From the NCBI GenBank assembly GCA_001938485.1, contig MQRK01245379.1, positions 1 through 54,315 of the forward strand: a stretch of 54,315 nucleotides of DNA, read 5' to 3'. This stretch comes from Girardia tigrina (lineage: Eukaryota). This document shows, piece by piece, positions 1 through 12,985 of the stretch. The notes beneath the pieces were generated by a model, which saw nothing but the letters and a program-made list of their open reading frames with translations, was not told the origin of the DNA and searched no databases. The position numbers and the translations under genes were made by a program. Position 1 is the first letter of the stretch. Each line of letters opens with the position of its first letter.

Positions 1-654
1 AATTTTAAATATTGATTTTGAAAATAGTTTAAATAATTTTTGAAATAAATTTTCGAAATAAATTTTCAGGATTTTAAAAATTAAATCAAAAAGAATTTAA
101 TAGATTAATTTGGGTCGAGATAATTAAATTAAATTAACAGGAAAATTTGTTTTAGAAATGTGAATTGTTATATTAAATAAAATTTTGGTGTTTAAAAAAA
201 TGAATTCGGATATAGACGTTGCAACCACTTCTCACAATTCCGTTTGTACAGAATCATCAGAGCTAGTTTGCATGATAAACTTATCCCAAACGTATAGTCA
301 TTTATTGAAAGCAAACTGCGATTTGTTCTTCCTGTTGTTCTTAACATGGAGCGGCAATCCAAGAGGGAAAGTACGTTTCTCACCACCATGAAGTTTTTAA
401 TAGTATCTTGTAGTAAACTAAATTTAATAGTTAGTAATTAAATAATATGCTTAGTGAAAAAATAAGTAAATTTAATTTTCTATGATGTTTTACTATAACA
501 TATCAGGATTTTACTATACTACAGTAGGGTATATTACCAAGATATGTACGTATATTTTGAAAAACTTATTAAAATAATTTAAGATGAGCTTTATTTGTTT
601 AAAATAATCACACTTAATTCTATTTTTACTCAAATTTGATTTATTTAAGAATCC

Positions 655-832
655 CCTGTGACAGATAATTGTGTATTATAAATAATACTCAGCATTGTCG
701 CACAGTGTACTGAATCATAGACTCTGTATCGGGTGGAAACCATTTGACAAATACAAAGTTTTCTGATCCTCTTCCATGGCTTCGGATGCATAATTGCGGG
801 CATTCAATGCACGGACACGCTTCGGTTTCATA
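655..832 (-). pseudogene. Frameshifted paralogue of the C-terminal part of the decayed ORF at 12986-13927
   Basis: Aligns with about 13005-13185 (shared tgaatcatagactctgtatc and aaagttttctgatcc). The minus frame IRKLCICQMVSTRYRVYDSVHCATMLSIIYNTQL matches IRKLCICQIVST*YRVYDSLPCAPMLSTIYNTQL with several synonymous changes. Confidence 0.7.
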
Positions 833-2202
833 TGATTTGTATACATATTTTTACACCATGAAACTTGTTAAAATATGTAAACATTTTTTTCTCACTAAAA
901 ATTATCTATTATTGTGGTAAATCCAATTCGTTTAAAATCCGAATTAGATATATGGAAAATAATTAGTGAAATAATATTGCAAATAAAAGTCTGTAAATCG
1001 AGTTAGTCAATAGGTGTTATTTAATATAATTTTTTAAAAATTATGCATAAGTAGTAAGAAATGTAATAGAATATAAATGATTAATAAAGAAAAAAGGAAT
1101 TTTTGAAGATTAGTATAAACGATGTCTTTAATTTAATCACTTGTGAAGAAAACCAATTTATAAAATTAAAGTTCATTAAAAAAGACGATTTCAATCCTAA
1201 AACGGATCTTCAGCTAAATGTCTCCAAGATAAATAATTTTTGGAAATGTATTAATTTATTGATATTTATTTACAAATTTCAGTTTATGATTTTGTTTTTT
1301 CAGGAAGAAGTCTCTGAATTATCTTTTACTGTGTCAGTTTCTAAAAGAGGACTCGTCTTTTTTATATATTTAAGCGAAATATTTCTTTTCTAGAAGTACC
1401 TTTCCAAATTTTTTAGATTTTCTTTAAATAGCAGTGTAATATCGATAAGATTGTCAATGATAGTATCGTCAACATCGTATTATATTTGCAATATAATTTT
1501 AAAGAGTTTTGTATAAATTACTCTTTTTGTATCATTATATTTCCCGTTCTAATCGTTTCCAATGAATTTTAAAGGTTCGCAAGATACATAGAAAAACCTA
1601 TCAGAATTCGTCCAAGAAAAACGTTAATGTGAAATACTCACATAAATTATTTCTCACATAAAAGTACAGACGGACAAATTCCCGTGTTTTTGTTTCTTAA
1701 ATATAACACTCGACGCATTTGTTATGTGCTTTTGATAAAATAAAATAACAAAATTAAGCACTTTTAGAGAATTGGATTTAGAATATCAGTATAAATAAAA
1801 TAGTGAATACAAATTCTGATTATCTAATAATTATTTATTTTCAATATCATATTCACAACAGTTAGATATTTGATCGTAAAATTACAAAAAAAAGAACTTG
1901 TATGGATTATTTCTATTTTACTTTTTACATTAGTTTTTAAAATTTTACAAAGTATTTTTCTGAAAACAGATTTTATTATTCCTAATTCAAATGTGGTTGA
2001 ATGTTGTGAAATATAAAAGATGTTTTATTGCTTTTTTAATAAAAAGTAATTCGAATATTAAAAATAGATAAGATACATTTTAACAGTATTTCGTGCATAT
2101 CTTTATTATTAAACAATAATTTTAAAATGTCAATTGGAAAAATATGAAATTTTGAGAATATATTGATAAAGTACATATTTATCGGTTTAATGATGCCTGC
2201 AG

Positions 2203-2795
2203 GTGACTCCTAGGAGTAGTAATGCGTGGGGAGAATTGTCAGAGACTGCCATTGGTCAGAGCACTAATGACAATATATTGAAACCAATTGGGGAAATGTG
2301 GACATCTGCTATATCTTGTAATGCTCTTGATGGGTCTGTTCAGGTGTCGAAATAATTTATATTATGTCGTTTTGTCCTATTGTTGTAAAATTTGTTAACT
2401 CTTACTTTTCTTTCACACTATACGTTAACACCCTTTTATTCTGAAACTAACTTTAGATTTAAATAGTTGATTAGATTTATATATATAAATATAATCCAGG
2501 ATAAGAAAAATGATGCTTATAATAAAAAGTATGCTGTCACTCTCTCAATGAAGGTATAGTATTGCTTTACCTAACAATTCTAATAATTTTAAAGTTTTTT
2601 TAATAGACTTTAGTGATAGTTTTAGTCTAATGTAGTTAATACCTTCTTTTATTTCAGAGACTGATTTCTTTATTATATTTAACCTAATTAATTATAGATT
2701 GTTAATTCTACCAATGGAGATTTAAATATCGACGAAACCGCTGGTCAATCTAATACTCCCATCGCCGACAAGAAACAAGACAGTGAAAGAAACAG
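2203..2795 (+). CDS. Three in-frame exons of an uncharacterised gene or pseudogene (2203-2343, 2500-2553, 2698-2795); possible upstream exons near 1108-1228 and from 1304
   Basis: AG/GT boundaries give a continuous frame VTPRSSNAWGELSE...DGSVQ|DKKNDAYNKKYAVTLSMK|IVNSTNGDLNIDETAGQ... No family recognised. Confidence 0.45.
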
Positions 2796-2869
2796 GTTAT
2801 TTCATGAGTTTTATAAAATACTGTCAAATAAAATATAGATTTCATTGTTTTATATTGTATTTTATAATA

Positions 2870-3915
2870 TTAGGTTGGGGAAAAAGTAATCCATTATTTT
2901 AATTAATTATTTATCGATCAAACAATTTTAAATTTATGCTCTTTGTCAAGGTAACATTTCACAGTAATTTCACAATTTTTTTTTGCTTTTTTTATTCAGT
3001 TCTGAGTTACAGGGTGTTAAAAATGGAAGTCAACAAAGAAAAAATTCTGTACATTTTACAGTTTTTATTCGATAAAAGCGAAAATGCAAGCCAGGCGGCT
3101 GTTATTGTGAATAGTGTTTATGGTGCCAATACTGTAACAGCTAATTACATGCAATTTTGGTTTTGTCGATTCCGTGGAGGCATTTTTGATGTTAAAGATG
3201 CACCTCGCACAGGCAGGCCTATCGTTGAAAATGTCGATAAAATCTCGGCAATGATCGAAGTTGACCGGCATGTTTGTAGTCGTAGCACAAAACGGTTTTA
3301 AACCATTTGGGCAAAGCAGGATTCAAAAAAAGACTTGATGTTTTGGTTCCACACCAATTAACACCAAAAAACATGATCAATCGAATTTGATCTGCAAAGC
3401 CTTGACCAAACGAAATGAAATCGACCCATTTCTTAAACTGATGGTTACTGGGGATGAGAAATGGGTCACATACGACAATATTGTACGAAAACGATCGTGG
3501 TCAAAGCACGGTAAAGCACCTCAAACGGTCACCACACCAGGACTAACGGCCAGGAAGGTTCTACTGTGTATTTAGTGGGACTGGAAAGGAATCATTCATT
3601 ATGAGTTGCTTCCGTATGGCCAAACACTAAATTCAGATCTGTACTGTCAACAACTGAACCGTTTGAAGATAAAATTATGAAGGCAAAATTTCCTGAGTGA
3701 TAAGAAATTGGGATTAATAGAAGATTGTGAAAATCGATTACTACAGTTTCTCACAATAAGGACCAAGACTTCTACGAGAGGCATTATGAAGCTACCTTCA
3801 AAATGGCAAATAATTATACAACAAAACGGTGCATATTTGACTCCAAGAGGACAACATGTTAAATAAAGTTTTGAATTTCACGCCAAAATAATGGATTTCT
3901 TTTTCCCAAATCTAA
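2870..3915 (+). mobile_element. Mariner (mellifera-like subfamily), internally deleted, non-functional
   Basis: About 30-bp TIRs ttaggttggggaaaaagtaatccattatttt / aaaataatggatttctttttcccaaatctaa with TA TSD. Transposase remnants MEVNKEKI..., WVPHQL, VTGDEKW. Confidence 0.95.
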
Positions 3916-5352
3916 TATATGAATATAAACAATTAAAATTTATTTGTCGATCCTTTTATGAATTTGTGATACTAAACTATTTTTCAAATATTAATTTGGA
4001 GGTTAAACATTCTTATAAAATAACAAAAAATCGCAATAGTTTTCAATAATTCAACAAAAAGGTAAATAAATAGAAACTTTTATTCATCTCTAATTATACA
4101 TTTTACATTGACACACCTTCCTTTGAGCATCTAAAAAGAAACTTTACCTTCAATATATAATTTTTTGACAAAACTTTGGTTAGAATCTTTAAATTTTTTT
4201 AAGGTTTTCTCCTACGTGCCAAATTTAAGTATTTTACTAACAATAAATTACACGACTGATGAATATTTTACAGCTTGGTCAAAACATTGTTGAAATTCGG
4301 ACTTTTTAAATTGTTTTTTTCGTCTTTTGCGTTAATGATTTCTAAAAAATTGTAATGTCAGTGTAAAAAATGACGCAAAACTAATTTATAGCTTAAATCT
4401 ATATACTCAAGTAACCTTAAAATTGATTTAAAAATAAACTATTTCTCTAAACTATCTATGAATAGAAAACAATCACTGATGGCAATAACTTCAGGAAAAA
4501 TAACTGATGGTAAAACAGTTGAACTTTTTACATAATTCTAAAAACTTATTCTGTTTTATATCTTTTCTTATGTTTAAGGTCTAAGCGTTTCCTTATCATA
4601 ACTTGGACAAAATGAAAATAGTTATGTCTTATTCACACATCTGCTATATAATGTCTTGATTTTGAAATTAGCAGATTTCAAATCAATAAGATAACTAGAA
4701 ACGTTTTTATTGCAATCATTGTCATATAAAATGTAATATTTTTGAAGAAAGTATATACTAATTAGCTACTGTTTTTGTGTATGAAACAATAAAATAGATG
4801 AAAATTAGTTACTGGATATATTTAAAATGATCCTTCCATTGATATATTAATTGGATGTAGGTTAAAATACTTCTTCAATTATTTTATTTTACCCAAAATC
4901 ACTCGTACTATCAAAATATCTTTTTCTGAAGAGATAATCTAATTGAGTGGAACGAGACTCTCCATTCCATTGGAATTTTCATTTTGAGAAATATTTTGTT
5001 TGAACGAAAATTTTCCAACTTAAGAGGGACCCATTTTAAGATAAATTGGGTGATTCAATTGAATTCAATTCAATCAAATTCAATGGAATTCTTTGATAAA
5101 AATCTCTACTAGCCTAGTCATTTTGTTGACATATGCGTTTTAATAATATAACCTTAATTGAGCTTCTAGACTCGTTTAATGGCATAATTCGTCAAAGTCA
5201 TGGAAACTCAGTCTATATTTTCTTGTTGTCTAGAATGAAAATTCATGGTTTGCGTTTCTGACATATGTTTCTAAATATAAAATCTTATAAAAGTCTTATT
5301 TGAAATAGTATCGAATATAATCTTCTATAAAAGTATATATATATATATATAT

Positions 5353-5548
5353 TGCAAAGTAAAATCTACATAATAGGGATAAAAACAAGACGACGCGTTT
5401 CGAGATAATAATAATCCCATCATCAGGTAACAAAATACACTACGCAAATACACTATATGGTAGCTTGCCGAAAATAAATTTAATTTATCCAATAAATTAT
5501 TGGATGAAAATAACTTTATTTCACTTTTCCTTAAAATTAAGAAAAATG
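5353..5548 (-). mobile_element. 3' end of a Penelope-like element, running into the N-gap and flanked by (TA)n tracts
   Basis: Carries a minimal hammerhead core. The same terminal sequence recurs at 14848-14926. (TA)n tracts at 5334-5352 and 6477-6492. Confidence 0.6.
5385..5432 (-). ncRNA. Minimal hammerhead ribozyme core (PLE type)
   Basis: Minus strand reads ac CUGAUGA u GGGAU-uauuauu-AUCUC GAAAC GC GUC gu: core boxes, 5-bp stem II, palindromic stem III and GUC site. Stem I is only about 2 bp. Confidence 0.7.
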
Positions 5549-7737
5549 NNNNNNNNNNNNNNNNNNNNNNNNNNNNNNNNNNNNNNNNNNNNNNNNNNNN
5601 NNNNNNNNNNNNNNNNNNNNNNNNNNNNNNNNNNNNNNNNNNNNNNNNNNNNNNNNNNNNNNNNNNNNNNNNNNNNNNNNNNNNNNNNNNNNNNNNNNNN
5701 NNNNNNNNNNNNNNNNNNNNNNNNNNNNNNNNNNNNNNNNNNNNNNNNNNNNNNNNNNNNNNNNNNNNNNNNNNNNNNNNNNNNNNNNNNNNNNNNNNNN
5801 NNNNNNNNNNNNNNNNNNNNNNNNNNNNNNNNNNNNNNNNNNNNNNNNNNNNNNNNNNNNNNNNNNNNNNNNNNNNNNNNNNNNNNNNNNNNNNNNNNNN
5901 NNNNNNNNNNNNNNNNNNNNNNNNNNNNNNNNNNNNNNNNNNNNNNNNNNNNNNNNNNNNNNNNNNNNNNNNNNNNNNNNNNNNNNNNNNNNNNNNNNNN
6001 NNNNNNNNNNNNNNNNNNNNNNNNNNNNNNNNNNNNNNNNNNNNNNNNNNNNNNNNNNNNNNNNNNNNNNNNNNNNNNNNNNNNNNNNNNNNNNNNNNNN
6101 NNNNNNNNNNNNNNNNNNNNNNNNNNNNNNNNNNNNNNNNNNNNNNNNNNNNNNNNNNNNNNNNNNNNNNNNNNNNNNNNNNNNNNNNNNNNNNNNNNNN
6201 NNNNNNNNNNNNNNNNNNNNNNNNNNNNNNNNNNNNNNNNNNNNNNNNNNNNNNNNNNNNNNNNNNNNNNNNNNNNNNNNNNNNNNNNNNNNNNNNNNNN
6301 NNNNNNNNNNNNNNNNNNNNNNNNNNNNNNNNNNNNNNNNNNNNNNNNNNNNNNNNNNNNNNNNNNNNNNNNNNNNNNNNNNNNNNNNNNNNNNNNNNNN
6401 NNNNNNNNNNNNNNNNNNNNNNNNNNNNNNNNNNNNNNNNNNNNNNNNNNNNNNNNNNNNNNNNNNNNNNNNNNNNATATATATATATATATACTTTACG
6501 CTTAACTAAAGTTAATCATATGAATAAATCAACTACAAATTTGGTTCAATTTGTGTCGAAAAAGGTACTTAAATTAAAATTTATACAGCAATAACGTTGT
6601 ATGAATCCTGACATAAATTACATTTTTTCCTATCATTTGAGATCCCTCTAAATCTCAAATGACACGGGGAGCGTTCGACTGATCGCCGTTATTTACCTAT
6701 TATTGTGCGAACAACGCGGATCATGTTGATCTATTATGGCTCTGAATTAGTATACGTGTTTGATGTAAATATTTATTTATTCATAATCAATAATTTTAAT
6801 TTTAACACTAATATCAAATCCAAAATTTTAATATTTATTAATTATTTTTTATAAATAATTCTATTGTAATATTTCTTTATTATTTATTTTTATTATTTAG
6901 TTATTTAAAGATGTATCATAATTATAGTAATTAAACATTATCAAAGTTTTGCGGTTGTCATGCAATAAGTTTTACCTGTTTCCATACATATATTAATATG
7001 TGTGTGTGTCACTAATTATTATCATTTGAAGCTCAGCATTAAATTATTTTATAATTGAAATAGTAAATGGCCGTTAATTGAGTAATAGTTTTAAAAGTCG
7101 TTTTCACGACTTGTTCTATAGTTGGTTTAATTAAGAGAAATTGTAGCATGTATCAATGTGAACATTTTGTCTAGTTAAATATTTATTATTGACAATCAAA
7201 AATCACGCTTCATAAACATTTTCCCTTGGTTTTAAATCATGAAATAGACATCTGGTTTGAGAAAGAATATTGTTTTCTGTTCTTACTAGCGGACCATTGA
7301 TTTTTTGGAATAAATTTGAAATTAAGCAAATTGTTAGCAACTAATTCTTGTTAAGTTTGAGCTAAGTTATGGTATTACTGAATTAGTACAAAATTATATT
7401 ATTATAAGAAATTCGCAAAACATTTCTATTAAATTTTATGCAAGTCTCATTAAGGTTGAAATGTAGCTAAATATGATAATAAAAATTTCCACCGAGAGAT
7501 CAGAAAGTAAAGATAATTTTGTCTTAAACCTCAAGAAAGTTAAAAAGCTTGAATGGTATACGTGCTGCTCAAGTTACTTATTTCCTTGAAATGGTCTTAA
7601 AACCTAATTTTTGTGATATACTTAAAAAATTTGAATAACCTGAATATCAAAAAAATCTGTATCTCTGGTTTTTATTTAGTTCGATTTGCTAGAATCTTTT
7701 TCACGAATTAGATTTTAGAATTGTAGAAATTACTAAA

Positions 7738-7949
7738 TCCCTAAACCACCACATACCTAGTGGGTTAATGAACCCTGAAACGTCAAATACTTCTTTAAAT
7801 AATTTCGTTAGAAAAGCTTATTACTTGAAAATAAAAACGAGAAGTTTTGCAATAAAACTTTGTTACTTAGTTCAAATGGTACCGTCAATAGCCAGTTAAC
7901 ACACTCTGGTACCGGAATTTGGATATTGCCAGTTCCGGTGGTTTAAGGG
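7738..7949. mobile_element. piggyBac-type MITE (left end decayed)
   Basis: tccctaaaccacc ... ggtggtttaaggg followed by TTAA. Confidence 0.55.
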
Positions 7950-10026
7950 TTAAGTGAATCATGAAATAGATAATCTAGTCTCTTGTCGATATGGATGGAT
8001 ATCTGAAGAAGAAAATTCAATTATCTTATTATCTAGAAATAATATTTTTTTAAAGTTTTATTTCAAAGAACTAAAAGTTCTTCTTCAATTTCAAACTTTT
8101 AACACTGGCCATTTCATAGCGCTACTCAGAATTTATAAATTAAAAAATAATTATTTCACAAGTTATTTTAAAATTCTGTAATAATTTGTTGAACTTGTAT
8201 CAAACCTTATTTTTCAAATTTGATATAACCTGTTGCAATTTTATACGTCAATAAATAATATTCGTTCTACTTTTCATTCAAACATTAACACATTTTATCT
8301 GACAATGAAAACAGAGCTATATTGTTGAAACCTTTGATTTGACAACATGAGGACGATCATTTTAGAATAAAAAGCTACAATTTATTCATATTATAATTTA
8401 TACGAGTATGTATTATTTGAAAATATACGTTCAATGTTTTCAAATTGATTTTTTTCTTTATCCAACTAATGCCAATCTCACCACTTACAAATAATCTCGC
8501 TGTAGAATTAATGAAAAACATATTATTATTATTAATTTGCTATGCTATTATTATTAAGAGCACCGACATAATTATTATGCACACATTTATTACTATCACA
8601 TTTAGAGACATCAAAACTCTCGGAAGTTCTTTCACCATATGTCATAGTTCTAATTAGTGTAATTTCTAAATTTTAAATAATGATTATTAGAACAAATTTC
8701 CTAATATTTATTATTCTTTTAATTTTAAAATATTTCATAAAATTGTTTCATAAAAAAATAATTAAACTAATTTCAGAATTAATCAAATTTCTAAAATGTC
8801 TAATTAAAAATGTTCTAAATTTTTTAAAATATTATTTATATTCAAAATAATTATTATTACATTTTAAATTATATCAAAATATAAATTTTCATTAATTTTA
8901 AAAATGTAAATTTTGTTCCAATGATCAGTAATCGCCTATACAATAAAGTAAATATTTTTCAACTGGGTTGGAGAATCACAATTCCAATTTCAGCACACTG
9001 AAATAGGCACACCACACCCATATACAACGTAAAATATTCCTCACAATTATTATTATTATTATTATTTACTGAAATATAATGTCAGCGTATTTAAATACGA
9101 ATCGAATGTAGATACATATTCATTTATATTATTAAGGACACTTTAATATTTCATCAATAGACACGATTGATTTTACAATTTTTAATTTTAGTTTAATTTA
9201 AATTTTAATGTAAATATTTGTTTACCGAAAATCCGTTTTACTGAAATTTTCCAAATGTATCTCTCCTTTTATTGAGTTTTACGAAGCTTTTTTTTGATAA
9301 TCATATGATTTGATATCTAATATTTTAATCATGTTGAAAAGTAAATTTTACATTTATTTAGCAATAAACTTCTCATTTTTCTTAAGTTCCGGTAATTAAT
9401 TCTGAAGAAATAAAATTTAAATTAATCCCTCTGGTTACTATACACATCATCAGCGAATACCTGGTAGTGCCAGTACCTTATGTTGCACTCGCGAAGAAAT
9501 ATGTAACAATTCAACTTGTGGGGATTTCAATATGTCAGTAAAGCATTAGGGGAAAATTGGTCAAATTGCACTTTCAGTAATCTGTTAAGACATATATCAA
9601 TATTTTAAACCATAAAAACTAAGATTTCTTTAAAGTCGGATAAATTAATAAATGATTATACTATCACTGTTATTTACATTATATTTATAAAAAAACAACT
9701 CTGTAAAATACTGTGACTGTTCATTAAAAAAAATCAAAATCACTTCAAAATTTCTTATTTGAAAGTTAAAATATATCATGTTTTTATCATAAAGATTTAT
9801 CATCTATTGATCAAAACCTGATTCTAGAACTAGTAGAAAATTGTAGAAAATGTATTTTCGATGTTAAACGCAGAAAAAAAAACAGGAACCAATTTCATAT
9901 AGAAACAAATGTATGCCCCCAAAAATGACGGGATACACCGTTAATGAAGTTAAATATTCAGATGAATATATTCTACAATTTTTACTTATTAACTTTTCGG
10001 TAGACTCCAATACAACGCTATTTATA

Positions 10027-11278
10027 TTAGGTGTATCTAAAAGTTCGTGTGGTTTTTATGCATATTTTTATGTCAAAAAATCACATAAAACAACTATTAC
10101 ACTTATTCACATTAGTCTACATTTGCAGCAATGACCTTCCATCGATCTGGTAAGTCGTGGATGCACTTTCTAAAGATTTCGGGACTTTTGGAGCCAAAAT
10201 AACAATCGATACAATCTTGGAGGTCTTTTAGTTTTTGTCATCAGTCCCAGAAACAGGTGGTAATCGGAGGGTGCTAGGTCTTGGCTAAAAGCAGTGTAGG
10301 ATAAGACTTACCAACCGAGCTCCTCCATCGTCTAACGAGGAAATTTTTCCACGTGGGCCCCTGCATTATCGTGCATTAGAAAGGTCTTTATCCTTCTCTT
10401 GCCAGTGTATGTTCTTATTTGTTCAATTTCATGTTAACTTTTCACAGTTGAGCTGCGTACTGATCTGCGTTTACCATTTCGCCTTCTAGAAGCAGTTCAT
10501 AAAACAAAATCTGATTGATATCCAACTAAATGCACAGCTGTACTTTCTTCTTATGAAGTCCGGGTTTTGGAGTTGAAACAGGTTGCTGATCAGAGCTTAG
10601 CTACTGTTTTTTGGACACAGGATTCTTGTATCAGACCTACAGCTCATCTCCTGTTACGATCTCATGAGATAAACTCTTTTTCTTTTGTCTAGCAGCAATT
10701 GTAAGGCATGTTGTAAGGTGATATCCAACTTGTTCATCTCTACTTGTTCATATTCATCTACTTAAGCCTGAGAAGAACCCATTTTCTACTTTTTCAGATC
10801 TTCCAGAGCTCTTTCAATTACCAAAATATGGTTGTTTGGTCTACCTCAAGGTGCTCGACAAGCTCTTATTGTGTATGTGTTGGATCTTCATCAAGCAAGC
10901 TCTCCAGGAGGTTATTGAGATGCTTTTTGAGCCTTTCTTCTCTTGGCTCATCGCTTAGCTCGAAACTTCCATCCCGGAAACTCCCGAACCACTTTCGGTG
11001 CGTCCTCTCAATCGTTGTTTCATTTCTGTAAATCTCCATAACTTCTTCAGATGCGTTTCTTCCTTCGCGACATTTTAAAAGCTTTATATGACGGATGTGA
11101 AGGCTATCAAAATTCATATCAAAATAAGCTTAATTAAAATGAATGAAAAATCCTATAAAATAAAAACTATATTAAACTAAATGAAAACTCAATCAATATT
11201 TTAAAAATATAAATTTGAATTTTCAAATATAACTGTATCAAAATAGAATGAGCTGCAAGAACTTTTGCATGTACCTAA
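10027..11278 (-). mobile_element. Mariner, near full length, decayed
   Basis: Imperfect TIRs ttaggtgtatctaaaagttc / gaacttttgcatgtacctaa. Minus-strand remnants: HTH region (ORF 10866-11117), VTGDE, MHDNAG, DLAPSDYHLF. Confidence 0.9.
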
Positions 11279-12985
11279 TGCAACACGATTTCATACATTT
11301 TTGAATATCTCATTTATACGATTCTTTATCATTCATTCGCATTATACACGTAACATATTAATATCATTATACATGAGTACTGTATTTAAATTCAATAATT
11401 ATTAAAAATTTAAAAAAATGGAATTATTTAAAATTTTCTTAATTACATGAGTACCATTTCAAGTTACTATCCATCAGAGTTTAGGAGAAACTGTGCATCA
11501 CATACAACATTCCAAAAATTTTCAATATATATCGACATCATTTTGTATTTTCTAGTCATGTTTAATAAAGGTTTGAATTTTGAAAATGCTAAATATTGTG
11601 CATCTAACCGTCATTTGAAGTATCAATTTACTTCTTGAGTCTGAAGTTTATTTATCTGGTTATAATATGCATACAAATAAATGAAATTAGAAAAGGTCAA
11701 TGATTATCTTCATCTATGAAAGAAATTAGTGCTGGCTCACATTGTGTTTAATGGTATTTATTTTAACTTTAATACGATTATTTATTTTAATATTTTTCGA
11801 GGTCATAATTTTTAATATATATGCAACTATTAACAAAACTTAGGTGTATCTAAGAAAACTTGAATGAATGATGAATGAATGAAATTGTCTAAAATCTCTG
11901 AACTTCAATACTATCTATCTAATAAAATAGGACTCAAGACCAACAAAATTGGAAATATAAAGATTATCTCGAGTCGCACATCCTTTGAATAATAGAACAA
12001 CTCAAACAGAATATGTTATTACGATTTATTAATATTTAAATATAATTAAATCTAAATTCAAATTGTTGTTATAAATCAAGATGAAACATTAATATTGTGG
12101 TAATAAAAACAAGTTAAGGTGCAAATGTCTTTAGAAATATTAATAGCTCCTTATCAATCTCCTTATTCAAAGGATATTTGTAAGGATATATATAAGGTTA
12201 TTGATTATAACTATCGATTATCTTCATAAATTTTCTCTGGCAATGTTAATTTTTTCCAAAAGGCTCAAATTAAATCCATTCCATTTTAATCTTTTAAAAT
12301 CTGCATTTCTTTTGTAAGAACTAGATTTTTCTAATGATAAAAGTTGGCTAAAACATGAAAATACTCATAATTGGCGCTAGTGGGGGCGTTCATATGAATA
12401 ATGGGCCTATGCTATAACAACTGTCTCCAGTTCATTTTAATAGTTTTTAAAATTTTTTAGTTTTTTTTAAATAATAGTTTTCCTAAATTTAGCACAGTGA
12501 ATTTGAAAGAGTTAAACTCATAAAAAATTTTATTTACATTAATTTCCTAACTGTTAAATGACAAATGATGTTGTCATGAAGTTTTATGTGCGCTTAAAAC
12601 AGGTACCATCGTCATTTGTGCAATAGATTTTTGATTTTTTAAAATTTAATGCATTTGTAATTGTATTGCAAAATGAATAGTAGCCGATTTTCTAAATGAT
12701 TAAAACATACGACATTATATACTTCATGGGTATCATCGGAAAGATAAAACATTATTAATAGCAAATATATACTAAAACAATAAATGAAAAGGCAGTAAAA
12801 AGATGTTTTTCAATGCTGTTGTATTACTTTGAATGACAATCTGCACCCCTACTATGTTGTTGAAGATTGGCAAAAAAGTAATCTTAAATGATAAAGATAA
12901 GTCAATGCGAATGAATATATAATAATTTTGTGATCATCATTAAATTAGTTTTCTAAAAATTTAATGACATAATTTCACAAGCATT

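Noticed and set aside
4106-4363. Possible TA-flanked MITE (cattgaca / tgtcagtg)
   Set aside because: An 8-bp imperfect inverted match is expected by chance.
5465-6594. Long ORFs spanning N-runs (also at 33.4, 37.7 and 43.6 kb)
   Set aside because: Artefacts of translating assembly gaps.
8440-8655. Minus-strand RTMT...KCDSNKC similarity to 40265-40450
   Set aside because: Short and low-complexity; no conserved SPATA48 motif recovered.
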